DNA from: an uncultured Candidatus Saccharibacteria bacterium
GTDB taxonomy: Bacteria > Patescibacteriota > Minisyncoccia > Phycocordibacterales > UBA5272
Assembly (NCBI GenBank): GCA_964457775.1
Contig: CAYWEW010000004.1
Coordinates: 24,705 to 88,704 of the forward strand
DNA length: 64,000 nucleotides
Direction: 5' to 3'
Below, one piece after another: positions 1 to 10,171 of the stretch (position 1 is its first letter; the number at the start of each line of letters is the position of its first letter). The translations under genes and the position numbers were made by a program. Below the pieces are notes generated by a model. The model was not told where the DNA came from. It was given only the letters and a program-made list of their open reading frames with translations, and did no database searches.

Positions 1-447
1 CAGAGACCAATTAGAGTTGATTTAGCGGAAGTTCTTATTGTTAAATTAAATATTCCTCCTGTATCAATAACTATTATTGATGGACCTTTTACTACACTTG
101 TGCCGACTGGAAACAAAAACGAATTCACTCTCTATCATGTTACAGAATCAATACTTGATCGATATGTGCCCAAAAATGGCTTAATTAAAAAGGATTGGAA
201 GAGATTGTCGAATCAAGAATCAATTATTAAAGAGAGTCAAAAATTCTTACCAATACTAAAAGATGCTGTTGTCACCGAATCAAGAATAGTGCATCGTGGT
301 GTAGAGGCGTATCGTGAACATGATGATTCTAGAGTTGTTGACCTTGTTGAACACGGCTTTGGGTGTTTTTCAATATTAAGTGGGAAAATATTAAGCAGTG
401 TAACTACTGGCAAAAAAATTGCTAACATTATTAAAAAAAATAAATAA
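1..447 (+). CDS. C-terminal fragment of an unidentified protein; gene begins upstream of the window
   Basis: The reading frame is open from position 1 with no stop until 447. The listed ORF start at 100 is internal. No recognisable motif. Confidence 0.4.
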   Translation, partial: QRPIRVDLAEVLIVKLNIPPVSITIIDGPFTTLVPTGNKNEFTLYHVTESILDRYVPKNGLIKKDWKRLSNQESIIKESQKFLPILKDAVVTESRIVHRGVEAYREHDDSRVVDLVEHGFGCFSILSGKILSSVTTGKKIANIIKKNK

Positions 448-449
448 GC

Positions 450-1181
450 TTATTTTTTTAAATTAGACAGGTATAGAAGAGTGGCATCTAGTGCATCTAA
501 ATTTCCAGTATCAAGCCAAACAGAATATGGCACCCATGTGAAATCTGCCCCTCTTTTAATCATTTCATCTAAAATTGGCACATCTGAAATTTGAGAATCG
601 TTTGGATTATTTTTATAAATTTGTTCCAAGATTTCCCAATACATTTTATAATCAAAAATACCATCTAATCCTATATGAATTGAATCAAATCCTAAAATAC
701 CTCTTTCGTTAAAGTGAAGTATTCTATTGTTCTTTATTGAGTGAGTTCTATAGTGTTCAAGTGGTAATTTACTAACATTCCAATCCTCAACATACCCACC
801 AATCCAATTGTGATCAGGTTCTGGAATTTTCTCAACAAAAATACCATCACATGCATGAAATATAAACGGGCACTGCAAATTGTCTTTTGCCTTTAACATA
901 GAATACCCAAGACTACTCCCCTCTCCTTCGTATTTATCAACCCAAACAAATTCAAAAATTCTTTCAGGATATTCTTTTTCAAGAAAGTCTTTAACGGATT
1001 GCCCTAAATATCCTAAAGTTATAACTATCGGGATATTAAATGGATAAGAGTCTAAAAGATAACAAATAGTTGCTCTACCATTTAACGGAACTAGTGATTT
1101 ATTTACTGTCTTTGTAATTTCTCCTAACCGTGAACCAGTCCCTGATGTTGGAATTAAAACTTTATACTTTAAACTACTCAT
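450..1181 (-). CDS. sugar-phosphate nucleotidyltransferase (NTP_transferase fold)
   Basis: N-terminal KVLIPTSGTGSRLG glycine-rich loop. Paralogous to the N-terminal domain of the 2628-4226 gene. Last gene of the minus-strand operon. Confidence 0.65.
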   Translation of the reverse strand: MSSLKYKVLIPTSGTGSRLGEITKTVNKSLVPLNGRATICYLLDSYPFNIPIVITLGYLGQSVKDFLEKEYPERIFEFVWVDKYEGEGSSLGYSMLKAKDNLQCPFIFHACDGIFVEKIPEPDHNWIGGYVEDWNVSKLPLEHYRTHSIKNNRILHFNERGILGFDSIHIGLDGIFDYKMYWEILEQIYKNNPNDSQISDVPILDEMIKRGADFTWVPYSVWLDTGNLDALDATLLYLSNLKK

Positions 1182-1195
1182 CTAAATTTTTGATA

Positions 1196-1606
1196 CTACT
1201 CCTCTCTAACAGAATCAACTACTGCGTGCTCACTTTCGATTTTTCCATCTGGTCTTTGGGTATCATCTTCTAAACGTACCACATCATCAACCTCAGGGGT
1301 AGAAACCTCCTGAAGAATAATGTCAGTAATAGCAATAACACGATGCTTCTTAGGTGGCGCAACATTGAAAAAGTCTCCTGCTGTCATCTGGAATTTCTCC
1401 ACAACACCATTGTCATTTTCAAGCCAAACTTCTGCTTCTCCAGCAATAATAAAGTTAGTTTCAATTTTTTTATTATGATACTGATAACTTGTACGTGTTC
1501 CTGCGTTTATATAAATACGCTTATAACAATAATGGTCATTTAACTCAAGCCAAACTTCCTTTCCCCATGGCTTTGTAACTTCTTTGAATGGTTTACTCTT
1601 GTACAT
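1196..1606 (-). CDS. stand-alone cupin, mannose-6-phosphate-isomerase type II C-terminal-domain-like
   Basis: KPWGKEVW...YQYHNKK...F motif pattern mirrors the cupin end of the ManC encoded at 15069-16496 (KPWGEYEVL...QRHKRR). Confidence 0.55.
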   Translation of the reverse strand: MYKSKPFKEVTKPWGKEVWLELNDHYCYKRIYINAGTRTSYQYHNKKIETNFIIAGEAEVWLENDNGVVEKFQMTAGDFFNVAPPKKHRVIAITDIILQEVSTPEVDDVVRLEDDTQRPDGKIESEHAVVDSVREE

Positions 1607-2612
1607 AGTGATTAATTACATCTGATATAGTATTAATAATTGTTTCCTTTATATCTTCACGCTTAGAAAGTTCATTAATAAGCGCTAAATATGCTGGCTT
1701 TCCAAAATGATAATGTCCTGCGATTACTGAACATAACATTTTATTTTCTGCTGTATTTTTATTCATCCACTTTTTCCACTTACCTCCTTGATAAACTTCT
1801 TCTAGAAAATCATCAACTGGTATTCCGTAAACAAGGCACTTTGTGAGAACGATTTGTGTTTGAATAACGCCTAATTGTGGAGCAATATTAAGAGCATCAA
1901 CTATACCTCTTCTCATATTTATATCATCCTTTGGAAGATAATCTGCATTGTGTTCCTTTAACTTAAGTCCTTTGCTTTGCAACATCTTCGCAACCTTTTC
2001 AACAAAAGGCTTATTAAATGAGCCCGCTTGATTAATCTCCTTAATCACAGTTCCAGTTTGCACAACGTAAAACTCTGGATTACAAAAACTCTTAAAGAAA
2101 TCTATTTCCCTCTCCCATTCTGCCAAGTTAGGTAAGCTGTAATTTGTCCCAGTGTTTTCATCAGTACCAATCTCAAGCTCGATTTTTGGATTTAATTCTA
2201 AACAATGTAGTATCGCCTTCTTAGTTGCCTCTAATCTTTCACTATTAGTTCCTTTAAAGTGACAAAAGTCTATATGGATGAGATCAAAACCATTTTTTAT
2301 GTCATCTTCAATGGTTTTGTAAGTATCGTCTAAGTCAAAGTCACCATTAAAACCAGGACCACAATGATCTCGACAAATCTTAACTTTGGCAAGAGGGTTA
2401 TGTTTTTTCATATCCACCACAAATTCCATATATTCTTTAGTGGTCCAGTTGTTTACATAACCACCTTTGTAATCAATTTGATTTTTTGAAGCAATAAGCA
2501 TTAATGGCTTACGATGAAAATGGGAATATCTAAAAGTTGCCTCAACAATCTCCGGACTCATCGGACCAAGTGCAATTGATATAGAATTTGTGCTGTTTTT
2601 AAGTGAAATCAT
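1593..2612 (-). CDS. GatZ/KbaZ-family TIM-barrel protein (tagatose-bisphosphate aldolase accessory / ketose-phosphate epimerase family)
   Basis: LMLIASKNQIDYKGGYV...ICRDHCGP...LIHIDFCHF...EIGTDE aligns with GatZ motifs LIEATSNQVNQFGGYT...LGGDHLGP...IHLDCS...IGTEVP. Confidence 0.6.
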   Translation of the reverse strand: MISLKNSTNSISIALGPMSPEIVEATFRYSHFHRKPLMLIASKNQIDYKGGYVNNWTTKEYMEFVVDMKKHNPLAKVKICRDHCGPGFNGDFDLDDTYKTIEDDIKNGFDLIHIDFCHFKGTNSERLEATKKAILHCLELNPKIELEIGTDENTGTNYSLPNLAEWEREIDFFKSFCNPEFYVVQTGTVIKEINQAGSFNKPFVEKVAKMLQSKGLKLKEHNADYLPKDDINMRRGIVDALNIAPQLGVIQTQIVLTKCLVYGIPVDDFLEEVYQGGKWKKWMNKNTAENKMLCSVIAGHYHFGKPAYLALINELSKREDIKETIINTISDVINHYVQE

Positions 2613-2627
2613 AATTGTGATATTTTA

Positions 2628-4226
2628 TCACACCTTCAATGATTTATGAAGCATACTTCTTCCGAGACCGTGTAACAAATTATCAAACGGCGCATTATGA
2701 AGTGGTGCCATATTTAAGAAAATCAATGAAGTAATAATCTTAATCTTTCTTAAATCATAATTATTATCTAGCAAAAACTGCTCGTAATGTTCTTTTACTT
2801 CTAATAAATCACTTTTTACAAAATAATCATAATACGCATGGTCCCCAGAAACACTTGCTGAAAACATGCCGTCCTTAATCAATGGGTAAGATAGTATTGT
2901 TCCACCGTATAGTTTTGCAAGATCATAATATAAGTCACCTACATGAACCAATCCACCGAACTCATGCCTCCAATCAAGAAGTAAGAATTTATCCTTTTCT
3001 GATGATTTATTTTTTGAAATTAAAATATTATCAAATTGCAAATCACCGTGAAAATTTGATGGTGTCCCGCCTGCAATGTAATCCCAATCAATTTTTGCTA
3101 ATAATTCTTTTGTTGTTGGGACTTCTACCCCATTAACAAAACGACTTTCTTCTTCTGTGTTTGCTTTATCGGCATACATTTTAAGACGCTTTTCTGTTTT
3201 TGTTTTATAAAAATCTAGACAAGCTTTACTAAAATCATCTTTTTCTTTTTCAGATAATTTTGTATTTTTCCATAAGTATGTTTTTGCCCACTCCAAAAAT
3301 TCTCCTGCGACTTTTTGATTAAGTGCACTATATACAGTTTGCCCATCAACCATTTTGTATGAATAAAAATGATTTCTATGCCCTTCTATTTCTGGGGAAA
3401 TACCTGATAGGGCATTGTTTGCTCTGTGATTTCTTTTTTCTGTTACTGTTTTGTCAGCAAAAAACTTAATAACTCTACCGTTAACAAAATAAAGGAATTC
3501 ATCATCTTTACTGAAATCAAACTTGTGCCCTCCCCCTGAGAAATTAATATTTGTTTCTATATAGTTATCCTTAGACCCTGTATCAAACCAAGTGAAACCA
3601 ATTGGGACCAGCTTCTTTTCAATAAGCCCCTTGAAACCATCTGTCATTTGAAGCTCGTTTGCTTTTATTTCATTACTTTGCTCCAAGGCTAAGAAAAAGT
3701 CTTTATAATCACGAATTCCTGCCAATCCAATAAAAGCAAATTTATTATCGGTTTTAACTTTAGTATCTAGTTGGCATACAAGATTATTTTTTATTTTAAC
3801 AGTACAATATTGTTCTGTTTCATGAACTGGTGCAATACCTAACCAGTTTTCATCAATCTCTGGAATATCCTCAAGAACTATTGTGTCCGCTGTACAAAAA
3901 ATAAAAGGTGATTGTAAATGTTTCTTACAAGCCAAAAGTGAGTAACCTGGTCCACTGCCTGGTCCACTATATTTATCAACTTCAACAAAAGTAAACTTTC
4001 TATCTGGATATGCAAGTGTGAGATAGTCAACAACTGTATCCTTTTTATGCCCAACTGCTATTATTATTTCGGTATCTTCAGGAAACTTTTCGATAATATA
4101 AGAAATAACCGCCTTATTATTAACTGGTAAAATTCCTCTGTTGATTGAATCAGTGAAGTGACTTTCTTTTGGATCAACACCCGCTGCCAATATACAAACT
4201 TTATATTTATTATCTCCTATTTTCAT
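2628..4226 (-). CDS. bifunctional sugar-phosphate nucleotidyltransferase (N-terminal) / APH-choline-kinase-like phosphotransferase (C-terminal)
   Basis: N-terminal VCILAAGVDP...GPGYSLL nucleotidyltransferase fold. C-terminal HGDLQFDNILI Brenner kinase motif and DLYYDLAKL. Confidence 0.65.
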   Translation of the reverse strand: MKIGDNKYKVCILAAGVDPKESHFTDSINRGILPVNNKAVISYIIEKFPEDTEIIIAVGHKKDTVVDYLTLAYPDRKFTFVEVDKYSGPGSGPGYSLLACKKHLQSPFIFCTADTIVLEDIPEIDENWLGIAPVHETEQYCTVKIKNNLVCQLDTKVKTDNKFAFIGLAGIRDYKDFFLALEQSNEIKANELQMTDGFKGLIEKKLVPIGFTWFDTGSKDNYIETNINFSGGGHKFDFSKDDEFLYFVNGRVIKFFADKTVTEKRNHRANNALSGISPEIEGHRNHFYSYKMVDGQTVYSALNQKVAGEFLEWAKTYLWKNTKLSEKEKDDFSKACLDFYKTKTEKRLKMYADKANTEEESRFVNGVEVPTTKELLAKIDWDYIAGGTPSNFHGDLQFDNILISKNKSSEKDKFLLLDWRHEFGGLVHVGDLYYDLAKLYGGTILSYPLIKDGMFSASVSGDHAYYDYFVKSDLLEVKEHYEQFLLDNNYDLRKIKIITSLIFLNMAPLHNAPFDNLLHGLGRSMLHKSLKV

Positions 4227-4230
4227 ATAT

Positions 4231-5067
4231 TTATTTTTGTTTAATAATCTCCTTTACGTATTTCATCATCATACTAAGTGGCGCTTCTTTTCCAGTATAC
4301 AGTGTAAACTGAGCTGCTGCTTGATGGAAAGACATAACATAACCTGGAACAATTATCTTTTTTTCTTTTTTTGCTGTCTGTATTAATTTAGTGTTAAGTG
4401 GTGATACAACTACATCCATTATCACATCATACTTTTTTATATCATCTTTATTAATAACCATCTCATTAATATTTGGTGACATTCCAACTGGTGTAGCGTT
4501 AATAAAAATATTAGCTTTTATTTCTTTTGTTTTATTATTTGGACAGTATGTAATATTAAACTCACTAGAAACTTTTTTAGATTTTTTGTCATCACGTGAG
4601 GACAAAATTATTTCTTTACAACCTTCTTTTTTAAGAGCTACGATTGCTGCTCTTGCCGCTCCACCTGCTCCAACAATATGAGCAGTTTTTCCTTTTGCTT
4701 TATATACACTGATCAGTGCTTTTTGCACACCTATAACGTCAGTATTGTAACCAGTTAAGATACCATCATTATTAACTACGGTGTTTATTGCCCCTATCTC
4801 TTTTGCAACCACATCAACTTTGTCTAAATATTTACCTATAACAGTTTTATGAGGCATAGATACACCACAACCTTTTATATGAAGAACTCTAACTGCGTCA
4901 ACTGCTTTCGATAAGTCTTTTGGCATTACCTGAAATGGTTTATATATATAATCCATCGACAATGACTTGAACACCTTGTTAAAAATAAGACTACCGAAGT
5001 TACCCGGAGCAATTGCAATAGAAATACAACATGTTGTGTCTTTTGTGATTTTAATATTTTTTTTCAT
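4231..5067 (-). CDS. shikimate/quinate dehydrogenase family oxidoreductase (AroE-like)
   Basis: SMPHK, GAINTV, GYNTD, GAGGAARA and NATPVGM motifs. Confidence 0.7.
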   Translation of the reverse strand: MKKNIKITKDTTCCISIAIAPGNFGSLIFNKVFKSLSMDYIYKPFQVMPKDLSKAVDAVRVLHIKGCGVSMPHKTVIGKYLDKVDVVAKEIGAINTVVNNDGILTGYNTDVIGVQKALISVYKAKGKTAHIVGAGGAARAAIVALKKEGCKEIILSSRDDKKSKKVSSEFNITYCPNNKTKEIKANIFINATPVGMSPNINEMVINKDDIKKYDVIMDVVVSPLNTKLIQTAKKEKKIIVPGYVMSFHQAAAQFTLYTGKEAPLSMMMKYVKEIIKQK

Positions 5068-5072
5068 AATTT

Positions 5073-5576
5073 TTATAGTATATTTTTAATATTCTCGGGT
5101 AATTCAAAAAACTTTTCCATTATATGTAAACATGCTTCCCCTACCGCCCCTTCCCCCGCATTTGTTTGAGTAACATAGTCCGCATGTTTGCGGGCAAGAT
5201 AAAAGGCGCTTGCTGGTGCAATACTATATCTTATGTGATTAAAAATAATAGCATCATGTATACCATCCCCCATATATATAGATTCTTCTAAATCAAAATT
5301 TTCCTGCAACCAAGAAAGCCTACTCGCTTCACTAACTAGTGTTAAATTTAACCCCATGTCTTCTGCTACTCTTTTTCTACTTATATCGAAACCTCTTTTG
5401 TCGGCAGATATAGCACAAACATTTATAAACTTACTGAGCATTTTTATTCCATCATTATCATGTGGGCCAAAAACTTTAGCTAATTTACCATCCTTAGTGT
5501 ACAAAAACTGTCCTGTTGTTAACACCCCATCAACATCCAAAATTAAGTTTTTTATACTTTTTTGTGAAATATTCAT
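5073..5576 (-). CDS. KdsC-family HAD phosphatase (3-deoxy-sugar-phosphate phosphatase-like)
   Basis: LILDVDGVLTTG motif I and GDGIHDA motif. First gene of the minus-strand operon. Confidence 0.7.
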   Translation of the reverse strand: MNISQKSIKNLILDVDGVLTTGQFLYTKDGKLAKVFGPHDNDGIKMLSKFINVCAISADKRGFDISRKRVAEDMGLNLTLVSEASRLSWLQENFDLEESIYMGDGIHDAIIFNHIRYSIAPASAFYLARKHADYVTQTNAGEGAVGEACLHIMEKFFELPENIKNIL

Positions 5577-5634
5577 TAAGTGATTATAGTCTATAAAACT
5601 AAACTTTGCAAAAATATTACAACAAATAAATAAT

Positions 5635-6840
5635 GTGATATATACTACAAAAATGATTTTATACTTCGACAGCTACATTACAGATATACCCTTAAATGGT
5701 CAACATTCTACAATAAACGATGTTGTTAGATACGGTTGCAAAAACTACGCAATGCCAAAAAAAACTGAGATTGCAAAATACTCATTAGCAAGTTATGCAG
5801 TTTACCCTTGGAGTCATGTACTTATACGCTATGAACTTGATAACAAAGACGAGTACGAATCCTTCGATGCTTTCATTTTAAAATTATTCCCGAAGGCGGT
5901 TATTATGCACGAAAGAAGTGACAGCCAAGCTGATTATAGAAAGTCAGTAGAAATATTGGACACTTTTGATGATGATTGGATTTTCTATTCTCCAAACAAT
6001 GACCACCCAATGATGACGAATGATATATCAACAATAGATAAACTTATAGAAAAAGCAAACACTTACAAAGATAAATATGAATTTATCTCTATTTATTATT
6101 CTCATTTTAGTGAATTTCTAAATATATCAAAAAAGAAAAACCCTTTTAATGCTACTTTTGGAAAAGATACTAGAACATTAGAAGAAGATGACTTAGCAAT
6201 AACCATAGTGCGTAATGATGGTGACAACACTGCTGTTCAAATAGTTAACAAAAATCTCTTTAGACACTGGTTCGACTCTAAAGAATTAGGTGGTGGCAGA
6301 ATTATTAGATCAGAAGATGTTAGAAATTATTTTATTACACATAATCAATTAATTATAAATCCAAAAAAAGAGATTTGTGCTCATTTTGATGGTTACCCTC
6401 ACACAATAACTGCAAGACATGAAATTCTCCCAGAAGAAGTCCCTCCTCTTTTTGTTCCTCTTGGTTTTTTTGAAAATAATATAAAAATAAGATACGGGTA
6501 TGACGCTTATAAAGAAGGTTGGACAAATATAAATCCAACCTTAAAAAACTATAGTTTTAAAGACACAGAAACTGGAACAGACCTCAAATGGACACTTGAT
6601 GATATACCGTTATTTTGGAAAGAAAAAATATCTGAAATAGATGCGAATCCTTATCTAGACAAAAATACCATGCAGAAAGCAAGGGATGAAAATTATGAGC
6701 TGATTAAGAACCCTTGGAGTAACGAGTGGTATTATCTTCGTCAAGCCGCATATTTTATATTGGACATAATATATTACAACCCTAAACAAAAATTCCTTAT
6801 TAAAAAAAGTGAGTGGCTAAAGAATAAATCAAAAAAATAA
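5635..6840 (+). CDS. hypothetical protein (401 aa, soluble) within the polysaccharide island
   Basis: Long ORF with no recognisable motif. Start choice uncertain (second ATG at 5653). Confidence 0.4.
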   Translation: MIYTTKMILYFDSYITDIPLNGQHSTINDVVRYGCKNYAMPKKTEIAKYSLASYAVYPWSHVLIRYELDNKDEYESFDAFILKLFPKAVIMHERSDSQADYRKSVEILDTFDDDWIFYSPNNDHPMMTNDISTIDKLIEKANTYKDKYEFISIYYSHFSEFLNISKKKNPFNATFGKDTRTLEEDDLAITIVRNDGDNTAVQIVNKNLFRHWFDSKELGGGRIIRSEDVRNYFITHNQLIINPKKEICAHFDGYPHTITARHEILPEEVPPLFVPLGFFENNIKIRYGYDAYKEGWTNINPTLKNYSFKDTETGTDLKWTLDDIPLFWKEKISEIDANPYLDKNTMQKARDENYELIKNPWSNEWYYLRQAAYFILDIIYYNPKQKFLIKKSEWLKNKSKK

Positions 6841-6842
6841 GT

Positions 6843-8429
6843 TTATTTTTTTATACTTAATCTTTTTAACAGCAAAGAAGAAAAGCGTTCTACGTCATTC
6901 CAATCTTCTTGCTCAAAAAATCCAAAAAATTTATATATAACAATATAAAGAATAAAAGATATACCTCCTGCTATAAGAAGTGTAAATAGGTTAGAAATAA
7001 TATGTGAAACAAAAATATTATTAATTATTCCGACCAAACAACTTGTAACAATAGTTCCAGAAATTATTTTTATATAATATTTTTTTCTATTTAATAGATC
7101 TAAGTATCTAGTTTCAACATAATAAAATAGGTAAAAAATAGGGAGCACAGAAATAAGATATGCCCACGCTGCTCCCTTTATTCCAAAAAAAGGTAATAAT
7201 ACTACAAGTGCTACAACATTTAATAAAGCCATACCAACAGAAGATATTGTTAAAAATTTAAGTTTACCTAAACCTAAAAGAAAACTAGAGAGTGGTACAA
7301 AAAGTGCCAAAATAAAATTAGTTAAAGCCAAAATAACTAAAACGCTTGAAGACCTTTCAGCAAAATCTAAACTAAGCCAATATTGCAAAACCTGATAAGA
7401 AAAAGAAATTGTTGTTATGGTTAATGCCCCTGCAATTATAGTAATTAAACGAAATGTCCTAACATACATAGTCTTCATTCTTAATATTTCGTCACTTCCA
7501 GTAAACTGAGAGGTAAGTGGTAGCATGCCAACACTTAGTGCACCTGAAATACCAGGTATTCTTGTTGCCACATTCCCCGGCATACTATAGTAGGTCAAAT
7601 TACTTGGCCCTGCAAAAAATGGAATTATTAATTTATCCAATGAACTAAGTGATGTGCTGGCAAAATTATTTATGAATGCAACAATTCCAAATCTGTAGCA
7701 CTTAATTATTTCTTCTTTATACCAACGCAACTTAAATGTTGCTATCGGTAAAATGTTTTTTGCATTATAAAAAACAATCAGTGAAAAAATGGCAGTAATT
7801 AATAGTTGAGTAATAAAAATTTCTAATAAAGACCCCCCCAACTTAACAACAAGCAACATACCTAAACTAGAAAGTGTGGTTGATGCAATACTTATTTTAT
7901 TTATAATATCAAATCTCTGTATTGCTTGTAATATTATGTTATATGTCGAAGTTATTGTTGCGAAAAAAATGGCACCGCCAGAAAATATAAAGAGTTTTGA
8001 ATATTTTTCATATTCTGAAAAAGATGCAGGTAAAAAAGAAGTCCCTATTAAAGTAATACTCAATGAAACTAAAAGATAAAATGAACCTAATATAAAAAAT
8101 AGCAAATTAGCTGAATGTATCAAACGTATCATTGCTCCCTCATCCTTCTTCCCGAAATAAAATGAAAGATCTTTAAGTACTGCTAGTGACAAACCAAATT
8201 CCAGCAAACCTAGTAAACCCATTGATGTACTTATAAACAAATAGATACCGTATTCTTTCACCCCTAATGTGAATATAATTATGGGTGTTACTAATAAAGT
8301 AAAAATAATAGGCCAGAGATGCCCGACAATACTATATGAACTATTTTTAAAAGCTTTGTATGTAAGTGATTCTTTTTCCATTTTAGTCCTTTTTATTATA
8401 CTATCATGATAATACAGAACAGTCTTCAC
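6843..8429 (-). CDS. oligosaccharide flippase (Wzx/MOP superfamily)
   Basis: Twelve or more predicted TM segments and Wzx-like composition. Start may be an internal Met. Confidence 0.65.
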   Translation of the reverse strand: MKTVLYYHDSIIKRTKMEKESLTYKAFKNSSYSIVGHLWPIIFTLLVTPIIIFTLGVKEYGIYLFISTSMGLLGLLEFGLSLAVLKDLSFYFGKKDEGAMIRLIHSANLLFFILGSFYLLVSLSITLIGTSFLPASFSEYEKYSKLFIFSGGAIFFATITSTYNIILQAIQRFDIINKISIASTTLSSLGMLLVVKLGGSLLEIFITQLLITAIFSLIVFYNAKNILPIATFKLRWYKEEIIKCYRFGIVAFINNFASTSLSSLDKLIIPFFAGPSNLTYYSMPGNVATRIPGISGALSVGMLPLTSQFTGSDEILRMKTMYVRTFRLITIIAGALTITTISFSYQVLQYWLSLDFAERSSSVLVILALTNFILALFVPLSSFLLGLGKLKFLTISSVGMALLNVVALVVLLPFFGIKGAAWAYLISVLPIFYLFYYVETRYLDLLNRKKYYIKIISGTIVTSCLVGIINNIFVSHIISNLFTLLIAGGISFILYIVIYKFFGFFEQEDWNDVERFSSLLLKRLSIKK

Positions 8430-8456
8430 ATTTCTAAAATGTTATACTAAATAAAA

Positions 8457-9230
8457 ATGAAATTTACTGTTATAACTCCAACTTACAAAAGAGCAAATAA
8501 ACTGGTTAGAGCTGTTAATTCGGTACTTAGCCAAACATACACTGATTGGGAAATGATAATTGTAAATGATTCCCCGCATGATAATACATATCAAGGTTTT
8601 GCCTCATCAATCAATGACTCACGTATTCACTACCACATAAATGATACAAATCGTGGAGTAAATTATTCTAGAAATTTTGCTATGGACAAAGCATCTTCTG
8701 GTAGTGATTGGACTATATTTTTGGATGACGATGATTACTTAGCGCCTGATTCACTACAAACCTTCCATGATCTTATTTTGCTACATAGTGGAAAAAAGTG
8801 GTTCATCACAAATCGTGCATATGTAGATGGGAAACCAGTCACTCAATTTCCTGCCCCAGAAGCTGAATATTCTTATATATGGGACTGCTTAATTCTTAAG
8901 AGAGGAAAGGGTGATGTGACTCATTGTATAGAAACAAAATTACTCACAACAAACCATATTAGATATTCTAGACATATAAAACAAGCCGAGGAGTGGATCT
9001 TTTACTATCAAATTTCACTTTTAGAAAAATTATTTTATCATGACCACAATAGTACAATTACGGATGGTTATGATATAGAAAATGGTCTCAACTTTAGAAA
9101 AAGAACTCGGGAGGAGCAATTTAACACTCTTATGAAATTTGTACACGAAGGTCAACATTTAAAACTAATTGGGCGTCCAACGTTTATTTTGTACTTATTT
9201 ATGAGATTAATTAGATTATTAATAAAATAA
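8457..9230 (+). CDS. family 2 glycosyltransferase
   Basis: FTVITPTYKRANKLVRAVNSVLSQTYTDWEMIIVNDSP and FLDDDDYLAPD (DxD). Confidence 0.75.
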   Translation: MKFTVITPTYKRANKLVRAVNSVLSQTYTDWEMIIVNDSPHDNTYQGFASSINDSRIHYHINDTNRGVNYSRNFAMDKASSGSDWTIFLDDDDYLAPDSLQTFHDLILLHSGKKWFITNRAYVDGKPVTQFPAPEAEYSYIWDCLILKRGKGDVTHCIETKLLTTNHIRYSRHIKQAEEWIFYYQISLLEKLFYHDHNSTITDGYDIENGLNFRKRTREEQFNTLMKFVHEGQHLKLIGRPTFILYLFMRLIRLLIK

Positions 9231-9231
9231 G

Positions 9232-10158
9232 CTATATTTTATTATTAACAATATCTTCAATATAATTCTTAATGCTTTTTTTAGCCTTCCAACCTAGTTC
9301 GCGCTTTGCTCTAGAAACATCCACAACTGTATTCATTCTATTACCTTTACGTTCTGGCAACATAACGATTTCTAATCCGAACATTTTTGCTATTTCAAGA
9401 ATACTAAATCCTTCTTCAGCTCCAAGTCCGTAATCATCCCCTTCTCCTTTTTCCCCAACAAGAACAAGGCCTTTAACAATATCATCTATATGGGTAAAAT
9501 TTCTAACTTGTAGTCCTGGACTTACCACATTTATAGATTTTTTATTTTTAAAATTCTCTTTAAAAATACCAATAACTGTTGCATACGATCCCTTTGAAAT
9601 TTCTCTTGGTCCATATACATTATAAAAATAAGTAATTGCATATTTGAGCCCAAACCACTGACTGTAATTACGAACAAGTTCTGTATTACTTGCTTTTGTC
9701 CACGCATACGGACTTTGATCACGACCAATACCGCCATCAGCAAATTTAGTACTTGAACCAGCATAAATAAGTTTTACATTATTTATTCGACAAAACTCGA
9801 GCACTGCGAATGTTCCATTTTTATTATAGTCCCAAACTATATCCAAATCATCAAAACTTTTTTCTACTCGAGAATATTCACCTAAATGAAAAATAATGTC
9901 TGGGATTTTAGTAACATGTTTTTTAATGTTTTTTGTGTGTCCTTTTATATACGTTGCCCCTTTTATGTGATTTTCTTCTTTTCCAGTAAAATAATTATCT
10001 AATGAATAAACATCATATGAAACATCTTTAACAAGAGCTTCAATTAAGTGGGAGCCTATAAATCCAGCACCGCCTGTAACTAGTACTATTTTTTTGTTTG
10101 TTTTTGGGGATTTAGTCATGTAAGTATTCATAATACAATAAATAGATAATGAATACAA
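9232..10158 (-). CDS. NAD-dependent epimerase/dehydratase (extended SDR)
   Basis: VLVTGGAGFIGSHL Rossmann motif. Start probably the internal Met before TKSPK. Confidence 0.65.
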   Translation of the reverse strand: MYSLSIYCIMNTYMTKSPKTNKKIVLVTGGAGFIGSHLIEALVKDVSYDVYSLDNYFTGKEENHIKGATYIKGHTKNIKKHVTKIPDIIFHLGEYSRVEKSFDDLDIVWDYNKNGTFAVLEFCRINNVKLIYAGSSTKFADGGIGRDQSPYAWTKASNTELVRNYSQWFGLKYAITYFYNVYGPREISKGSYATVIGIFKENFKNKKSINVVSPGLQVRNFTHIDDIVKGLVLVGEKGEGDDYGLGAEEGFSILEIAKMFGLEIVMLPERKGNRMNTVVDVSRAKRELGWKAKKSIKNYIEDIVNNKI

Positions 10159-10171
10159 AATTTAACTTACT

